A stretch of 64,000 bases of DNA from Candidatus Iainarchaeum sp. (GCA_021161465.1 JAGHAM010000036.1:13512-77511), one strand, 5' to 3'; positions 1 through 10,877 are shown, numbered from the stretch's first letter. Program-made: numbers and translations. The notes: a model not told the origin generated them from the sequence alone.

Positions 1-876
1 TTTTTGGGTGTACGGTGGATCCCTGCCCTCTTTCACAGTGACGTCAATGTAATCCAGCTGTAAGAGGACCATCACATCTCTAGTTGGGGCCGTGGAGTAA
101 ACTGGACCGTCATACCCATACTTGTAGAGGTACGGCACGAAACCAGAATGGTCAAGATGCGCGTGTGATACCACCACAGCATCTATCTCATCCAACGGGA
201 AATTTAAGGAACCAAACATAGGGTACGCATCGCTGTTATTTGCTACGTTTATTCCGCAGTCAAGAATAACTTTTGATGACGGTGTTTCAAGTAAGAAACT
301 ACTTCTACCAACTTCTCTACTGCCACCTAATGGAGTTAGCCTTACCCAGTCAGTGCTCTTTCCCTCCCTGTAAATACGCTTTGAAACGTTCTTCATTATC
401 TTGACTCTCTCCCCGGCATGCTTTAGAAGATTATGCCTTATGCCTTTCACAACATTAGATGGGGATGTGGGGAGTCTCAGTATCTGTGGATACCACCCAG
501 TTTTTATTGCGATTTCTTTTAGCGTTGAGCCTTGCTTTCCTATCACAACTCCGGGTTTTTTTGCTTCTATGACAACTTCGCTTAGGTCAGGATTAAAACC
601 AATATCCCCCGTCCCTGCATTCTCTGGAACCAATTCACGTATCCTCTTCTCAGCTGTACCCGGGTCTTCCACCATACTTTGGTCAGAGCGTATATGCACC
701 CTTTTCTTGAGAGCTGTGGCTAGGTTTTTGACTATCATCTCATCTTCCAAAAACATAGCTATGTTTTTTGTGAAGACAATCACTTCAGAGGCCTGCATTA
801 GTGTCTTCGTCACCAGAGCCTCTGGTGGAACTGTAGCCTTTATAGTATCCTCTATTTCTGAAAATTCTTCACTCAT
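1..876 (-). CDS. KH-domain beta-CASP ribonuclease aCPSF1 (FttA), 5' part; runs off the window start
   Basis: Manual translation from ATG at 876: KH motif PGVVIGKQG, LGGSREVGRS, LDCG, HAHLDHSG. Adjacent to psmB, a conserved archaeal arrangement. Confidence 0.93.
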   Translation of the reverse strand, partial: MSEEFSEIEDTIKATVPPEALVTKTLMQASEVIVFTKNIAMFLEDEMIVKNLATALKKRVHIRSDQSMVEDPGTAEKRIRELVPENAGTGDIGFNPDLSEVVIEAKKPGVVIGKQGSTLKEIAIKTGWYPQILRLPTSPSNVVKGIRHNLLKHAGERVKIMKNVSKRIYREGKSTDWVRLTPLGGSREVGRSSFLLETPSSKVILDCGINVANNSDAYPMFGSLNFPLDEIDAVVVSHAHLDHSGFVPYLYKYGYDGPVYSTAPTRDVMVLLQLDYIDVTVKEGRDPPYTQK

Positions 877-897
877 TTTATCCTCTCTAGCTGGGTC

Positions 898-1506
898 TTA
901 TTTCTTCAGGTATTTTGAGGTATCTACCTTTTCGTAGCCTTTTTTGGTTATCTTAATCACATTTATGCCATTCCCAGACATGGCATCTCTCTCCATGGCT
1001 GCCCTAAGGGCCTCCACAGCAAGCTTTACATTTTCGTCAGTTGGCTGCCCCTCTTTGTATTTGTTCTCAAGAACACCATACGCGAATGGTGAGCCAGAGC
1101 CAGTTGATACAACTTTTTCTTCAATCATAGAACCTACAGCATCAAGTGAATACAACCTTGGTTTGGAATCATACCCGCCAAGCAACAGCTGGACCCAATA
1201 AGGGAACCATCTGTTCTCCTGCAGTATGTTAGCAAGCAAAGTAGCAGCTGCTTCGACCTTTATGGTTTCTTTCCTTTCTATCTGGTAAAGGTTGGTTTCA
1301 ACTTGCAGTGTCCTCACAAGTTTTTGGGCATCGGCTACGCTACCAGCGGTTGTCATACCCAAATGGTCTTGTATCTTGAACACTTTTTCAACTTCTTTAT
1401 TAGCTATCATAGTGCCCATAGTTGCCCGTGTTTCTGAGGCTAACACCACTCCATCCTTTCCCAACAAACCGATAGTCGTTGTCCCTTTTCTAGTCTCTCT
1501 TTCCAT
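898..1506 (-). CDS. psmB: Proteasome beta subunit
   Basis: Short propeptide then G-TTTIG (Thr1), GSVADAQ, STGSGSPFAYG, RDAMSGNG. Confidence 0.97.
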   Translation of the reverse strand: MERETRKGTTTIGLLGKDGVVLASETRATMGTMIANKEVEKVFKIQDHLGMTTAGSVADAQKLVRTLQVETNLYQIERKETIKVEAAATLLANILQENRWFPYWVQLLLGGYDSKPRLYSLDAVGSMIEEKVVSTGSGSPFAYGVLENKYKEGQPTDENVKLAVEALRAAMERDAMSGNGINVIKITKKGYEKVDTSKYLKK

Positions 1507-1566
1507 TTAATGCACCTAAGAATCAGTCTTTTTTAATTTTGTAGTTACACCTTTAAATAACTTTTG

Positions 1567-2229
1567 TTACTGTGTTATTTCGATAGTTGGCTCTTTATAG
1601 GTTTCTACGACCTTGACTTCCTTGACATCTTTAACTTTCATAGCCCTATTTACAAATAAAACTTTCTTTTGTTCATAGTCTTTTTTTGGGTTCTCAACAT
1701 GCAATTCGCAGATTCCGTCCTTAAATGAAACTTGCGCCTCTGGCAGGAATTTCTCGCCCATAACCTTCAATACTTCCTCAGGTTTTTTTAAAATCCTTTT
1801 TACCTTCAAGTTGAATTCAAGTTCTTTCCCTGCAAGTTCATGGTTGAAGTCAACCCGCACTCTACCACCATTTACGCTTTGTATCCTTGCTGGCATATTA
1901 TCTAAAGTTAGCAACATGCCAGGGACAGGTTTTATGTTACTTTGCTTGAAAGCTTTCATTGGAACAACTCTGACTAATTCAGGGCGTCGTTCCCCATAAC
2001 CTTTTTCTGGAGGCACTTTTACAGTTTTTTCTTCGCCCTCTTTCATCTTAAGGAGGGTTTCATCAACACCTTTTATTAGCTCGCCCATGCCAACTTGGAT
2101 TAAAACAGGTTTTGGTTCTCCACGCTTCAGGCCTGCTTTATCAGCAACTTCTTTTATCGTCGTATCAAAGACTTTACCATTGACACGCCCAGTATAATCC
2201 AATTCAATAAATACGCCTTTTTCTACCAT
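1567..2229 (-). CDS. FKBP-type peptidyl-prolyl isomerase (long archaeal SlyD type)
   Basis: DYTG..GKVFDTT, PPEKGYG, VDFNHELAGKEL. Start placed at MVEKG. Confidence 0.93.
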   Translation of the reverse strand: MVEKGVFIELDYTGRVNGKVFDTTIKEVADKAGLKRGEPKPVLIQVGMGELIKGVDETLLKMKEGEEKTVKVPPEKGYGERRPELVRVVPMKAFKQSNIKPVPGMLLTLDNMPARIQSVNGGRVRVDFNHELAGKELEFNLKVKRILKKPEEVLKVMGEKFLPEAQVSFKDGICELHVENPKKDYEQKKVLFVNRAMKVKDVKEVKVVETYKEPTIEITQ

Positions 2230-2309
2230 TGAATTCAGCTCCAATAGAACTCGCGGCTTTATTTGGTAATCCTACCTATTTAAATATTTTGTCTAACAGA
2301 AAAAAAGAG

Positions 2310-3563
2310 ATGGTTTCAAAGAATGTGCTTTCTGTAATATTGTTGGTTACTGCATTTGGATTGGTTCTTGGTCCAGTTAGTTACTTCCTTCAAGAGCTGA
2401 ACAAATCTCAGGTTACTGTGGAGAATAACACCCAATCAACGTACAACAATGAGCCACAACAACCACAAACAATCCAACCAATATATGAGTATTATGGAGA
2501 GTCTCGGGGAGTTGTGAAAAGCAAAGAAGGGCTCATCATAATAAACGCAGAAACAGATTTTGGTGATGAGCAACAGGTTAACGAAACAATCCGTGGGATA
2601 GATGGGGTCAAAAACATCACCCTTCTCAACAAATCAGATAACCCAGGTGAGAATGGGCTTTATTCTTATAAGATACACTTGGCAGTTAGTCCAGAGGATA
2701 CAGAAAAAGTAGGCTACTACCTTATGACAAAGCTAACGGAAGAGCCATTTAAGTTTAATCTGGATTCTGTTAGTGTCCCTGCAAAGGTTTCTTTCCCCCC
2801 ACAGCTGAATGTGACCGAGAAAAACTCTGGTAGGCAAAGGGTGATAAACCTACAGAAAGAAGTTGATAGTTACATTTTTTCTTATACCCATGTCAACCAG
2901 ACCTCAAATTTCGTAATATATGTGCGCTTCATCGGCGATGATATGAATGCCATTATGGCATTCGAGAAATCTAGGATTTATATGCCGCCAGTCAATACTT
3001 CAACAATAGTGGAGAATGTAACTGTGCTTAACATTACTGATTATGGCGCTGAGTTCTCAACGGATTACGACACAAAGGTCAACTCAACAGAGCTTGAGCG
3101 AGCGCTTTCTCAAAACGGATTTAACGCATCAGTTTCCTTCTACCCGCCAAAAGACACCTTCCAGGTTAAGGTTAATGGTTCACTACAACTCGTTGAGAAA
3201 CTAAACGAGTCTGGCATAAAAGCGCAAGCCTTCCCAGGAGGTGCGATGATTTGGGTGAATGGCTCACTGGAGAAAACCATGGAAGCGATAAGGAGCGTAG
3301 ATCCAACTATAGAGTACCCAAATTTGACGGGGTTAATTACCATCATCTCAAAACAGCCATCCGACCAGTTTGCTGACTTGATTCCAGGCAACCTAACCAA
3401 GAGATTCCTTACAGGGTATGTTTTTGTTCCTGGTTACAACGACACCATTAAAACCAAGCTACCTCTTGGCACCATGGAAAATGAGCATGTGCCTGCGAAT
3501 GTAACCATCCAAACAATATTTGGCGATGTACAGCATCCTGTTTTGGTTGATGTGGTATACTGA
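2310..3563 (+). CDS. Membrane-anchored, probably N-glycosylated surface protein of unknown function
   Basis: N-terminal hydrophobic helix and 19 N-X-S/T sequons; long ORF. Confidence 0.75.
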   Translation: MVSKNVLSVILLVTAFGLVLGPVSYFLQELNKSQVTVENNTQSTYNNEPQQPQTIQPIYEYYGESRGVVKSKEGLIIINAETDFGDEQQVNETIRGIDGVKNITLLNKSDNPGENGLYSYKIHLAVSPEDTEKVGYYLMTKLTEEPFKFNLDSVSVPAKVSFPPQLNVTEKNSGRQRVINLQKEVDSYIFSYTHVNQTSNFVIYVRFIGDDMNAIMAFEKSRIYMPPVNTSTIVENVTVLNITDYGAEFSTDYDTKVNSTELERALSQNGFNASVSFYPPKDTFQVKVNGSLQLVEKLNESGIKAQAFPGGAMIWVNGSLEKTMEAIRSVDPTIEYPNLTGLITIISKQPSDQFADLIPGNLTKRFLTGYVFVPGYNDTIKTKLPLGTMENEHVPANVTIQTIFGDVQHPVLVDVVY

Positions 3564-3564
3564 C

Positions 3565-3909
3565 TTAGTGCATTTTTTCCTGTAGGGCTATGATTGCTGC
3601 GGCAACTTCACCATTGGCATCTTTTAATGCTTGTTCTGCTTCATCCTTCGAGCAGTTTACTTTTTCCATAACGAGTTTGACATCATCTTCTTTGAATTCC
3701 TCAACCTCTTCTTTAATCTCACCGACAATCTGGTAGGTTTTGATTCCCTGCATTGTTATCTCTGTGACCTGTGGATTGGTTATAATCAGTCTTCCAGAAT
3801 CTGTTTTTATGACAACCTCTTCAGCATTTATCTCCCTGGATTTTATCCCCATTTGTTTCATCAGGTTTTGCATTTGTCGTGGATTTACATTTCCCATTCC
3901 TGGTAGCAT
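3565..3909 (-). CDS. nac: Nascent polypeptide-associated complex protein (aNAC)
   Basis: MLPGMGNVNPRQMQNLMKQMGI, NAC domain, C-terminal UBA-like EDDVKLVMEK..AL..ANG. Confidence 0.95.
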   Translation of the reverse strand: MLPGMGNVNPRQMQNLMKQMGIKSREINAEEVVIKTDSGRLIITNPQVTEITMQGIKTYQIVGEIKEEVEEFKEDDVKLVMEKVNCSKDEAEQALKDANGEVAAAIIALQEKMH

Positions 3910-3991
3910 AATTTCACCCTGAAATGTTGTTGGTTTTTTTGTTTTTATACTCTTGCGTTGGTGAAACATTATAAATACTATCACGAGAAAT

Positions 3992-4864
3992 ATGAGTATG
4001 GGTTTCTCAATCGGTGTTTTCTACGGCGTGATTGCCCTTCTAGGTTGGGGCATTTCAGATTTCATTGCCAGAAAGGCCATTGAGAAGGAAAAATACTACA
4101 AGGTTTTCTTCCTCTCACAAATTGCTGGTGTTTCTATACTCTTGCCCTACCTTGCACTATCATCCAAGACCCTGATGGCGCCCATGGGAGACCTAGCCGC
4201 TTTCGCGATTTTAGGCGCTGTGTGGGCCTTTGGTTGTCTCGCGTTCTATAAAGCAATAGAAGTTGGGAAACTCTCTATAGTTAGCCCGGTTGGCGCGTCT
4301 TGGGCAATGGTATCAGCACTGATTGGTTTATCCATATTTTCAGAGGAAATCACTGCTGTAAGGGGAGTGGGTATACTGATTACCCTTGTAGGAATCGCGC
4401 TTGCATCCACGAATATCCCAGAACTGAGAAAGGCAAAAGCCACACGCTTGTTGAAAGGCGTTGATTACGCTCTGCTCGCGATGTTTAGTTGGGGTATAAT
4501 GTTCCCTTTCATGAATACATTCATACCATCTTTAGGACCGTTTCTACCAATAATTTACCTGAAAGGTTTCTCAATCATCTATCTGCTGGCAATCGGTCTG
4601 GTGGCGAAGAAAAGTTTTAGCTTGCCTTCAAGAAATGTCATCCCCCTTATTTTGCTGGTTGGGCTGTTTGACACAGCGGCTTTCATAGGGCTCAACTTTG
4701 GTTTGCAGACCGAGTTTGTTTCCATAGTTTCACCCACAGCAGCAGCTTTCCCAATGGTTACAATACTACTCGCGCGAACCTTCCTGAAAGAGAAGCTTGA
4801 GCTGAACCAAAAGGTAGGCGTCTTTGCGATAATTTGCGGCCTTGTCTTGATGGCCGTAATCTAA
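3992..4864 (+). CDS. EamA/DMT family transporter
   Basis: About 10 TM helices in two repeats; SIVSP motif twice; LKEKL. Confidence 0.9.
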   Translation: MSMGFSIGVFYGVIALLGWGISDFIARKAIEKEKYYKVFFLSQIAGVSILLPYLALSSKTLMAPMGDLAAFAILGAVWAFGCLAFYKAIEVGKLSIVSPVGASWAMVSALIGLSIFSEEITAVRGVGILITLVGIALASTNIPELRKAKATRLLKGVDYALLAMFSWGIMFPFMNTFIPSLGPFLPIIYLKGFSIIYLLAIGLVAKKSFSLPSRNVIPLILLVGLFDTAAFIGLNFGLQTEFVSIVSPTAAAFPMVTILLARTFLKEKLELNQKVGVFAIICGLVLMAVI

Positions 4865-4912
4865 ACCCTTCCGCCTAAACATTTAAAACCAAGTTCTTCG
4901 TTATTGTGTTTG

Positions 4913-5536
4913 ATGCCTAAAACAATTGGTTCTTTCGAGGAGTTCAGCAAACTTTCCCTAAACCTTCCATCAAATAGAGTAGAGGCTGTTAAGACCTATC
5001 TTCGTGGCGGCATAATCAAGTTGGAGGGGAGCAAGCTTGTTTATCCAAACGTGCAGAGACTTGAGAAGCAGGTTCAGGAAAGGGAAGAAAAACTGCGCGG
5101 ACTGGCGAGCCAGCTAAAGGAGTGGGCGGATAGGGAAAAGAAGCTAAAGACCGATAAAAAAACAGACATGGCTGCTGTTGCTGTGGACCCTCTTTACTGG
5201 GAACACAAGATGAAACTTATGACAGACAAAGAGTATAGGGAAGTTTATGAGCTTGTCAAGCCTCCGATGCACCTTATGAACAGGAAGAAGTGGAGGAAGA
5301 GGATTGAAATGTTTGTGAAAAGCAAGGAGTATAGGATTAGGCTTAAAGAAGCGCGCTTAAGCCAGATTGGGAAGAAGCGCGAAAAGATGGCTGATGAAGC
5401 GGAAACCCGTATGGATTTTGATAGGCGATTGGCGACTTTAAACAAGGAGAAGATTGAGAAGAAAAAGCGCGAGCTAGAGCGTGAAGTTTCTGCTATGCGC
5501 GAACTGATACGCTGGGCAAAAGAATCTAGGCCATGA
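4913..5536 (+). CDS. Hypothetical charged coiled-coil protein
   Basis: ~207-aa ORF filling the gap between EamA and purH; K/E/R-rich. Confidence 0.7.
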   Translation: MPKTIGSFEEFSKLSLNLPSNRVEAVKTYLRGGIIKLEGSKLVYPNVQRLEKQVQEREEKLRGLASQLKEWADREKKLKTDKKTDMAAVAVDPLYWEHKMKLMTDKEYREVYELVKPPMHLMNRKKWRKRIEMFVKSKEYRIRLKEARLSQIGKKREKMADEAETRMDFDRRLATLNKEKIEKKKRELEREVSAMRELIRWAKESRP

Positions 5537-5540
5537 GCGT

Positions 5541-7097
5541 TTAATGGTTAAAGTGTCTCATACCCGTGAAAACCATTGCTATGTTGTGCTCATTGCAGGC
5601 ATCTATGACTTCCTGGTCGCGTATTGACCCACCAGGTTGTATTATTGCTGTAACTCCTGCTTTTGCAGCTGCATCAATGCCGTCCCTGAACGGGAAGAAC
5701 GCATCAGAGGCCAGGGCAGTGCCTTTTGTATCCAGGCCAGCGTTTTTAGCTTTCATCGCCCCAATGACAGAAGAGTCAACCCTGCTCATCTGACCGGCAC
5801 CTATACCAATAGTCCTATCTTCCAGTGCATAGATGACACTGTTGGATTTTACATGCTTGCATACTTTCCATGCAAAGAGCATAGCCCTCTTCTCCAATTC
5901 GGTTGGTTTCCTTTTTGTGACGACCTTTAAGTGTTCGATATCCCCATCAAGAAGAGTGTTGTCTTTATCCTGTGCTAGCAGACCACCAGCTATGGACCTG
6001 ATGTCAAGGCCATCAGTTCTTTTTGTTGTGAAGTTTTTAAGTTTTAACACCCTGAGCCTTTTTTTCTTACCCAGAATCTCTAAAGCTCCCTTGGAGTATG
6101 ATGGTGCCACTACAACCTCAAGGAACATAGAAGTTAGCTCTTCAGCTAGTTTCTCATCTACTTCCCTATTGAGGGCAACCACACCACCAAAGGCTGATAG
6201 TTTGTCAGTTGCAAGCGCTTTTCTGTACGCTTCCAGAAGGGATTCGCTAGTGGCAACTCCACAAGGATTGTTGTGCTTTAGCACTACAGCGCATGGTTCC
6301 TCAAACTCGCGCAACAAATCTATCGCCGAATCAGTGTCAAGTATGTTGTTGTACGATAGTTTTTTCCCCTGTATCTTCTCTGCTTCAACAACCGAGGGCT
6401 CCTTCACGATAGCTTCCCTGTAAAGCGCGCCGTTCTGGTGGGGGTTCTCGCCATACCTAAGGTCCATGACTTTCTCAAAAGAAGCGTTCAGGTATTTTCT
6501 GAACTTCTCCTCTCCAAATTCACCCGCCAGGTAATTTTCTATGATGGAGTCATAGTGAGCGGTCAGGTTAAAGGCCTTGGCAGCAAGCTTTTTTCTGGTT
6601 TCAAGGCTTATCTCTCCACTGGCTTTAATCTCTTCTGCTATTGTCGTGTAGTCCGCAGGGTCGACCACCACAGCTGTACTAGTGTAGTTTTTGGCTGCTG
6701 CCCGTACCATGGTTGGCCCGCCAATGTCTATGTTTTCAATTATGTCACTGAGCCGGGCTTTTGCCTTTAGTGAGTTCTCAAATGGATAAAGGTTAACCAC
6801 AACCAAATCTATCGGCTCTATCCCCATATCCGACAGCTGGGCCATGTGCTCTTTGTTGCTTTTGTCAGCCAGAATGGCAGCATGGACACGAGGATGGAGG
6901 GTCTTGACACGACCGTCCAGTATCTCAGGAGAACCAGTGTAGTCTGAGATATATGTTATGTCCACACCGTTCTCTTTAAGCATTTTAGCAGTTCCACCAG
7001 TAGATATAATCCCAACACCTAAACTTTTTAGGCCTTTAGCAAATTCGACTATTCCTTGCTTGTCAGAAACACTTATCAACGCTTTTTTTATTTTCAT
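5541..7097 (-). CDS. purH: Bifunctional AICAR transformylase/IMP cyclohydrolase
   Basis: ALISVSDK, STGGT, GRVKTLHP, IDIGGP, RYGENPHQ, KHNNPCG, SDAFFPF, QPGGS. Confidence 0.97.
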   Translation of the reverse strand: MKIKKALISVSDKQGIVEFAKGLKSLGVGIISTGGTAKMLKENGVDITYISDYTGSPEILDGRVKTLHPRVHAAILADKSNKEHMAQLSDMGIEPIDLVVVNLYPFENSLKAKARLSDIIENIDIGGPTMVRAAAKNYTSTAVVVDPADYTTIAEEIKASGEISLETRKKLAAKAFNLTAHYDSIIENYLAGEFGEEKFRKYLNASFEKVMDLRYGENPHQNGALYREAIVKEPSVVEAEKIQGKKLSYNNILDTDSAIDLLREFEEPCAVVLKHNNPCGVATSESLLEAYRKALATDKLSAFGGVVALNREVDEKLAEELTSMFLEVVVAPSYSKGALEILGKKKRLRVLKLKNFTTKRTDGLDIRSIAGGLLAQDKDNTLLDGDIEHLKVVTKRKPTELEKRAMLFAWKVCKHVKSNSVIYALEDRTIGIGAGQMSRVDSSVIGAMKAKNAGLDTKGTALASDAFFPFRDGIDAAAKAGVTAIIQPGGSIRDQEVIDACNEHNIAMVFTGMRHFNH

Positions 7098-7139
7098 ACC
7101 TGGCCACCTCTAACCGTTTTTACATTGTTTTTGGTTTTC

Positions 7140-8225
7140 TCAGTACACAATTTTGTCAAGTTGGTTTGTTCTGGTAGCTGTTTTGATTTCCCTGGCGATT
7201 CTCCTGCCGGTGCTCATTGAGTCATGGAATATATATGGGGAGTATGGGGAACCCATGGGATAAAGGTTGGTTCCAGCAACTATCCTCGCAGAAATCTCAA
7301 AAACATAGATGTCTAACTCAGGAGTGACTATGGTTTCAAGGCAGAATGGACCTATTATGCCAGGCTTGAAGAGTTCCTGTGAAACCTCTACAACCCTCTT
7401 TCCCATTTCAAATACTTTTGGCAATAAGGATTCTCTTATGGCTAGAGGAAGGTTTCCAGTAACCACGAAACTTCTCCTTATGCCAGCGGCATCCAACTCT
7501 TTTCTAGTGAAGCCAAAACGGTAGAGTTCATCTATATTTGATTCCACTCTCCTATCTATACCAAGCATCTCAAGCCGGCCGTCCCCAACCCTGTAGCCTT
7601 CCTTGAACAATGGAGTGTAAAAGAAATGGAAGTAGTACCTAGTCCCTATAATGAACTCCTGTATTATGTATTTCTTTTCGTCGCCTATTTTTTTGTAAAA
7701 CTCATCTTCGTTTATTACTATGAAAAACCCTCTGCCGCCCTTTGCCCCGTAAAACTTCACCAGGCAGGGCCTGTCTATCTCTGATGGTTTTTTAAACCTC
7801 TCCGGAACAGTGCATCCAGCCTTTTTGAGCCATTCCCTCTCTTTTTCACGGTCCGATTCCCATTTTAGGACGCGCCTGTTGCCAAGCATAGGGACCCTTA
7901 ATTCTTTTTCTATGTTTTCAGCGCCAACATATTCAACAAATGAGCCGTGTGGGACGAGCACAGCGTTCCTCTCTATGAGCTTATCCTGGATATCTTTCCT
8001 TAGTATATCCGGGTAACTATCTACGACGACATACTCATCAGGTTTGGCAAGAGGGAATCCATCGTACACAGGTTTTGCTTTCTCTGTTGTTATGCCTATA
8101 GTCTTCATACCCTCAAGTCTTGCCCCATGGAATATCTGGAGGGCAGAATGAGAGCAGATAGTTGCTATGGTTGTATTGCCCCTGTAGCCAATTAGTGCAT
8201 CCTCTATATCTTTTTTGCTGACCAT
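7140..8225 (-). CDS. purP: Formate-dependent FAICAR synthetase (ATP-grasp)
   Basis: ATICSHSALQI, PHGSFVEY, AKGGRG, FEISARIVAGTN, MSTGRRIAREI. Confidence 0.93.
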   Translation of the reverse strand: MVSKKDIEDALIGYRGNTTIATICSHSALQIFHGARLEGMKTIGITTEKAKPVYDGFPLAKPDEYVVVDSYPDILRKDIQDKLIERNAVLVPHGSFVEYVGAENIEKELRVPMLGNRRVLKWESDREKEREWLKKAGCTVPERFKKPSEIDRPCLVKFYGAKGGRGFFIVINEDEFYKKIGDEKKYIIQEFIIGTRYYFHFFYTPLFKEGYRVGDGRLEMLGIDRRVESNIDELYRFGFTRKELDAAGIRRSFVVTGNLPLAIRESLLPKVFEMGKRVVEVSQELFKPGIIGPFCLETIVTPELDIYVFEISARIVAGTNLYPMGSPYSPYIFHDSMSTGRRIAREIKTATRTNQLDKIVY

Positions 8226-8230
8226 TTAAA

Positions 8231-9361
8231 TCACGTAATAACATTTTGGACCATGCTGTTCGTCATCGCATATTTCAATTCCATAATGCACAGGTCAAGT
8301 GGTGAGCGTATATCCAGCTCGTACTTCAATGACAGCCTCCTCATCTCTGGTGAGGTCGGACCAACACATGGGCTGCCTGGTATCCTTGGGCTCACATCAA
8401 ACACAACGAACTCAGGGCGTTTTGTTTCTTTGTTGTATGGCAGTGCCCCCTGCAGGGCGAACAAACCAATAATCCCTGGAGGGAACTCTTTTTCAGAGGC
8501 CCTTATGAATTTCTCAGCGGCGTTGTAAACAAGTGGCTTTAGCGATTCTCTCATAGTAATGCCTTTGTGACCAACCTCCTCGTTTCTTGGGTAAACTTTT
8601 ATCTTCATCTGGTCCCTAGCAGGCAGATTTAGGAGGCCGGTTAAATCGGTTTGGATTCTGTCATCGAAACCAACAAAGTCAAAATCACCGAATTTATCTT
8701 TCACAGCGTAAGACTGGAAATTAGCATTGAATCTTGGCCCCAAAACGAATTCTTCTATCCTTGCCGTTTTAAGTCCTTCTTTACTTATAACTCCATCGTA
8801 AAGCAATTCTTTAGCCTGTGCATAATAGTCCTCAGGGCTTGAAGGGTAAAAGAACGCACGTTCCAATGGGTTTTGCTTTTGTTGGACCTTAACTACTGCG
8901 AGCCGGTCTATCTCCTCTGGTGAGTTGAACTTCTTTGGGAACCTTATGCCCGCCTTCTCAAGCAGGTAGTATTGGCTTTTTACTGCGGTTCTCTCCTCTG
9001 TCCGTAACATCCATCGGTTTCCGTATATCGGAATCTTGAAGTCGTTCTCTATGGCATCGTAGCCAACATATACAGAGAATGAACGGTTTGGTATGAATAT
9101 TGTTCCCATCTCTCTGAGTCGCTCCTGCACTGCCTCAGAGGTTATGTCTGAAAATTTATCAAGCACGATTATCTTACTGAAAAGGTGTGCGCTGTGCCTT
9201 GTATACAACTCCTCCCTCCCTTTCTGGCACACAGCAACCACAGGGACTTTAGCAGCTTTTGCTGCCATACCCACCTCTTCAGCGGAATGGCTCCCCAGTA
9301 CACCTATAGTGTAACTTTCATAGTTCTTCGCAATCTCGTTAATCTCCTCCTGCGTTATCAT
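8231..9361 (-). CDS. PurP-like ATP-grasp paralog (DUF1246/DUF1297)
   Basis: GVLGSHSA, PNRSFSVY, LERAFF, FDVSPRIPG. Confidence 0.88.
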   Translation of the reverse strand: MITQEEINEIAKNYESYTIGVLGSHSAEEVGMAAKAAKVPVVAVCQKGREELYTRHSAHLFSKIIVLDKFSDITSEAVQERLREMGTIFIPNRSFSVYVGYDAIENDFKIPIYGNRWMLRTEERTAVKSQYYLLEKAGIRFPKKFNSPEEIDRLAVVKVQQKQNPLERAFFYPSSPEDYYAQAKELLYDGVISKEGLKTARIEEFVLGPRFNANFQSYAVKDKFGDFDFVGFDDRIQTDLTGLLNLPARDQMKIKVYPRNEEVGHKGITMRESLKPLVYNAAEKFIRASEKEFPPGIIGLFALQGALPYNKETKRPEFVVFDVSPRIPGSPCVGPTSPEMRRLSLKYELDIRSPLDLCIMELKYAMTNSMVQNVIT

Positions 9362-9927
9362 CGTTTACACACCCCAACAAAATTCTCAAATATCTTTTCC
9401 CCATACTTTGTATGCTCCACTTCCGGGTGGAACTGAATACCATATAATGGCATCTTTTTGTGCCTCATTGCTTCTATCTTGCAATCACGTGATTTAGCCA
9501 GCACCTCAAATCCAGGTGCGCTTGTTACTTCATCATTGTGGGAAGCCCAGGCCGTGAATTTTTTAGGTATTCCCTTAAATAAATCATTTTCATTCAGGAC
9601 TTCTATTTCAACTTGCCCGTATTCTGGAATTTTCGCTGGTTCACTGGTCCCACCGAAATGAATGGCCATGAACTGATGACCCGCGCATAGCCCAACTATT
9701 GGCTTGCCTAAGTTATCGAGGTAGGAGGCAACATGTTTGACAATTTTCTCACCACCACTCCCTATGCGGACGGCCCCGCCGGAAAGCACCAGACCATCGA
9801 CATCCCCTAACTTTTCTATCGGTGTGTCAGGCTCAATTATAGCTGACTCACACCCAAGGTAGTTAAGCCGTCTCCAGATTCTATGGGTCCATTGCCCACC
9901 AAGGTTAACTACAAGGATTTTCATCAT
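9358..9927 (-). CDS. guaAA: GMP synthase subunit A (glutaminase)
   Basis: [24 protein letters not shown] class I GATase triad. Confidence 0.95.
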   Translation of the reverse strand: MMKILVVNLGGQWTHRIWRRLNYLGCESAIIEPDTPIEKLGDVDGLVLSGGAVRIGSGGEKIVKHVASYLDNLGKPIVGLCAGHQFMAIHFGGTSEPAKIPEYGQVEIEVLNENDLFKGIPKKFTAWASHNDEVTSAPGFEVLAKSRDCKIEAMRHKKMPLYGIQFHPEVEHTKYGEKIFENFVGVCKR

Positions 9928-10877
9928 TCCCACTCTATGGTCCCAGGCGGCTTGCTGGTTATATCATAAACTACACGGTTTACTTTGTCCTTCATAGTGT
10001 TTGTTATCCTTATAGATATCTTATGAAGAACCTCATGCGGCACGTGCGAGTAATCTGCGGTCATCCCATCAGTGGAATCAACAGCTCGCACAGAAATCAC
10101 ATAACCATAGGCCCGGGTATCTCCATGCACGCCAACACTCTTTATAGGCATAAGGACAGCAAAATACTGCCACGGGAGTTTCATTTTTCCTTCTTCCGCA
10201 GCTTTTTCCAGTTCCTCTTCCACTATTGCACAGGCTTCCCTAACTATCTCTATTTTTTCTTCGGTTACCTCACCCAATACTCTTACTGCAAGCCCCGGTC
10301 CAGGAAATGGCTGCTTTGAGTATACCTCTTTTGGAATCCCAAGGTATTCGGCAACGCGCCTCACTTCATCTTTGTAGAGGTCCCTCACTGGTTCAATTAA
10401 CTTTAAGTTCATCCTCTCAGGCAGGCCCCCCACATTGTGATGGCTCTTTATAGTGTCTCTTAGCTGACCACCACTTTCAATCCAGTCCGGTGCTAGTGTG
10501 CCCTGTGCGAGATATTTTGCTTTAACCTTTTTAGCTTCCTTCTCAAATATCCTTATGAACAGTTCACCGATTATCTTCCTTTTCTTCTCTGGCTCGACAA
10601 CATCGTGGAGGGCATCGATGAAATCTCTTTTTGCATCTATGACCTTAAGGGGTATGCCAAGCGATTCAAACATCTTGCTAACCTGTTCAGGTTCGTTTTT
10701 TCTCATCATCCCAGTGTCAACAAATATGCATTTTAAGTTTTTTCCAATGGCTTTATGCAGTAGAACCGCTGTGACCGTGCTGTCTACCCCGCCAGAGCAA
10801 GCTATTATTGTTGGCCCGTCGATAGTTTCCTGCAGTTGTTTTATGCTCTCGTCCACAAATTTCTCAGGCTCAAACAT
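9924..10877 (-). CDS. guaAB: GMP synthase subunit B (ATP pyrophosphatase)
   Basis: [34 protein letters not shown]. Confidence 0.96.
   Translation of the reverse strand: MFEPEKFVDESIKQLQETIDGPTIIACSGGVDSTVTAVLLHKAIGKNLKCIFVDTGMMRKNEPEQVSKMFESLGIPLKVIDAKRDFIDALHDVVEPEKKRKIIGELFIRIFEKEAKKVKAKYLAQGTLAPDWIESGGQLRDTIKSHHNVGGLPERMNLKLIEPVRDLYKDEVRRVAEYLGIPKEVYSKQPFPGPGLAVRVLGEVTEEKIEIVREACAIVEEELEKAAEEGKMKLPWQYFAVLMPIKSVGVHGDTRAYGYVISVRAVDSTDGMTADYSHVPHEVLHKISIRITNTMKDKVNRVVYDITSKPPGTIEWE

Noticed and set aside
401-937. 178-aa plus-strand ORF and similar antisense ORFs throughout the window
   Set aside because: Antisense shadows of recognisable genes (here aCPSF1).
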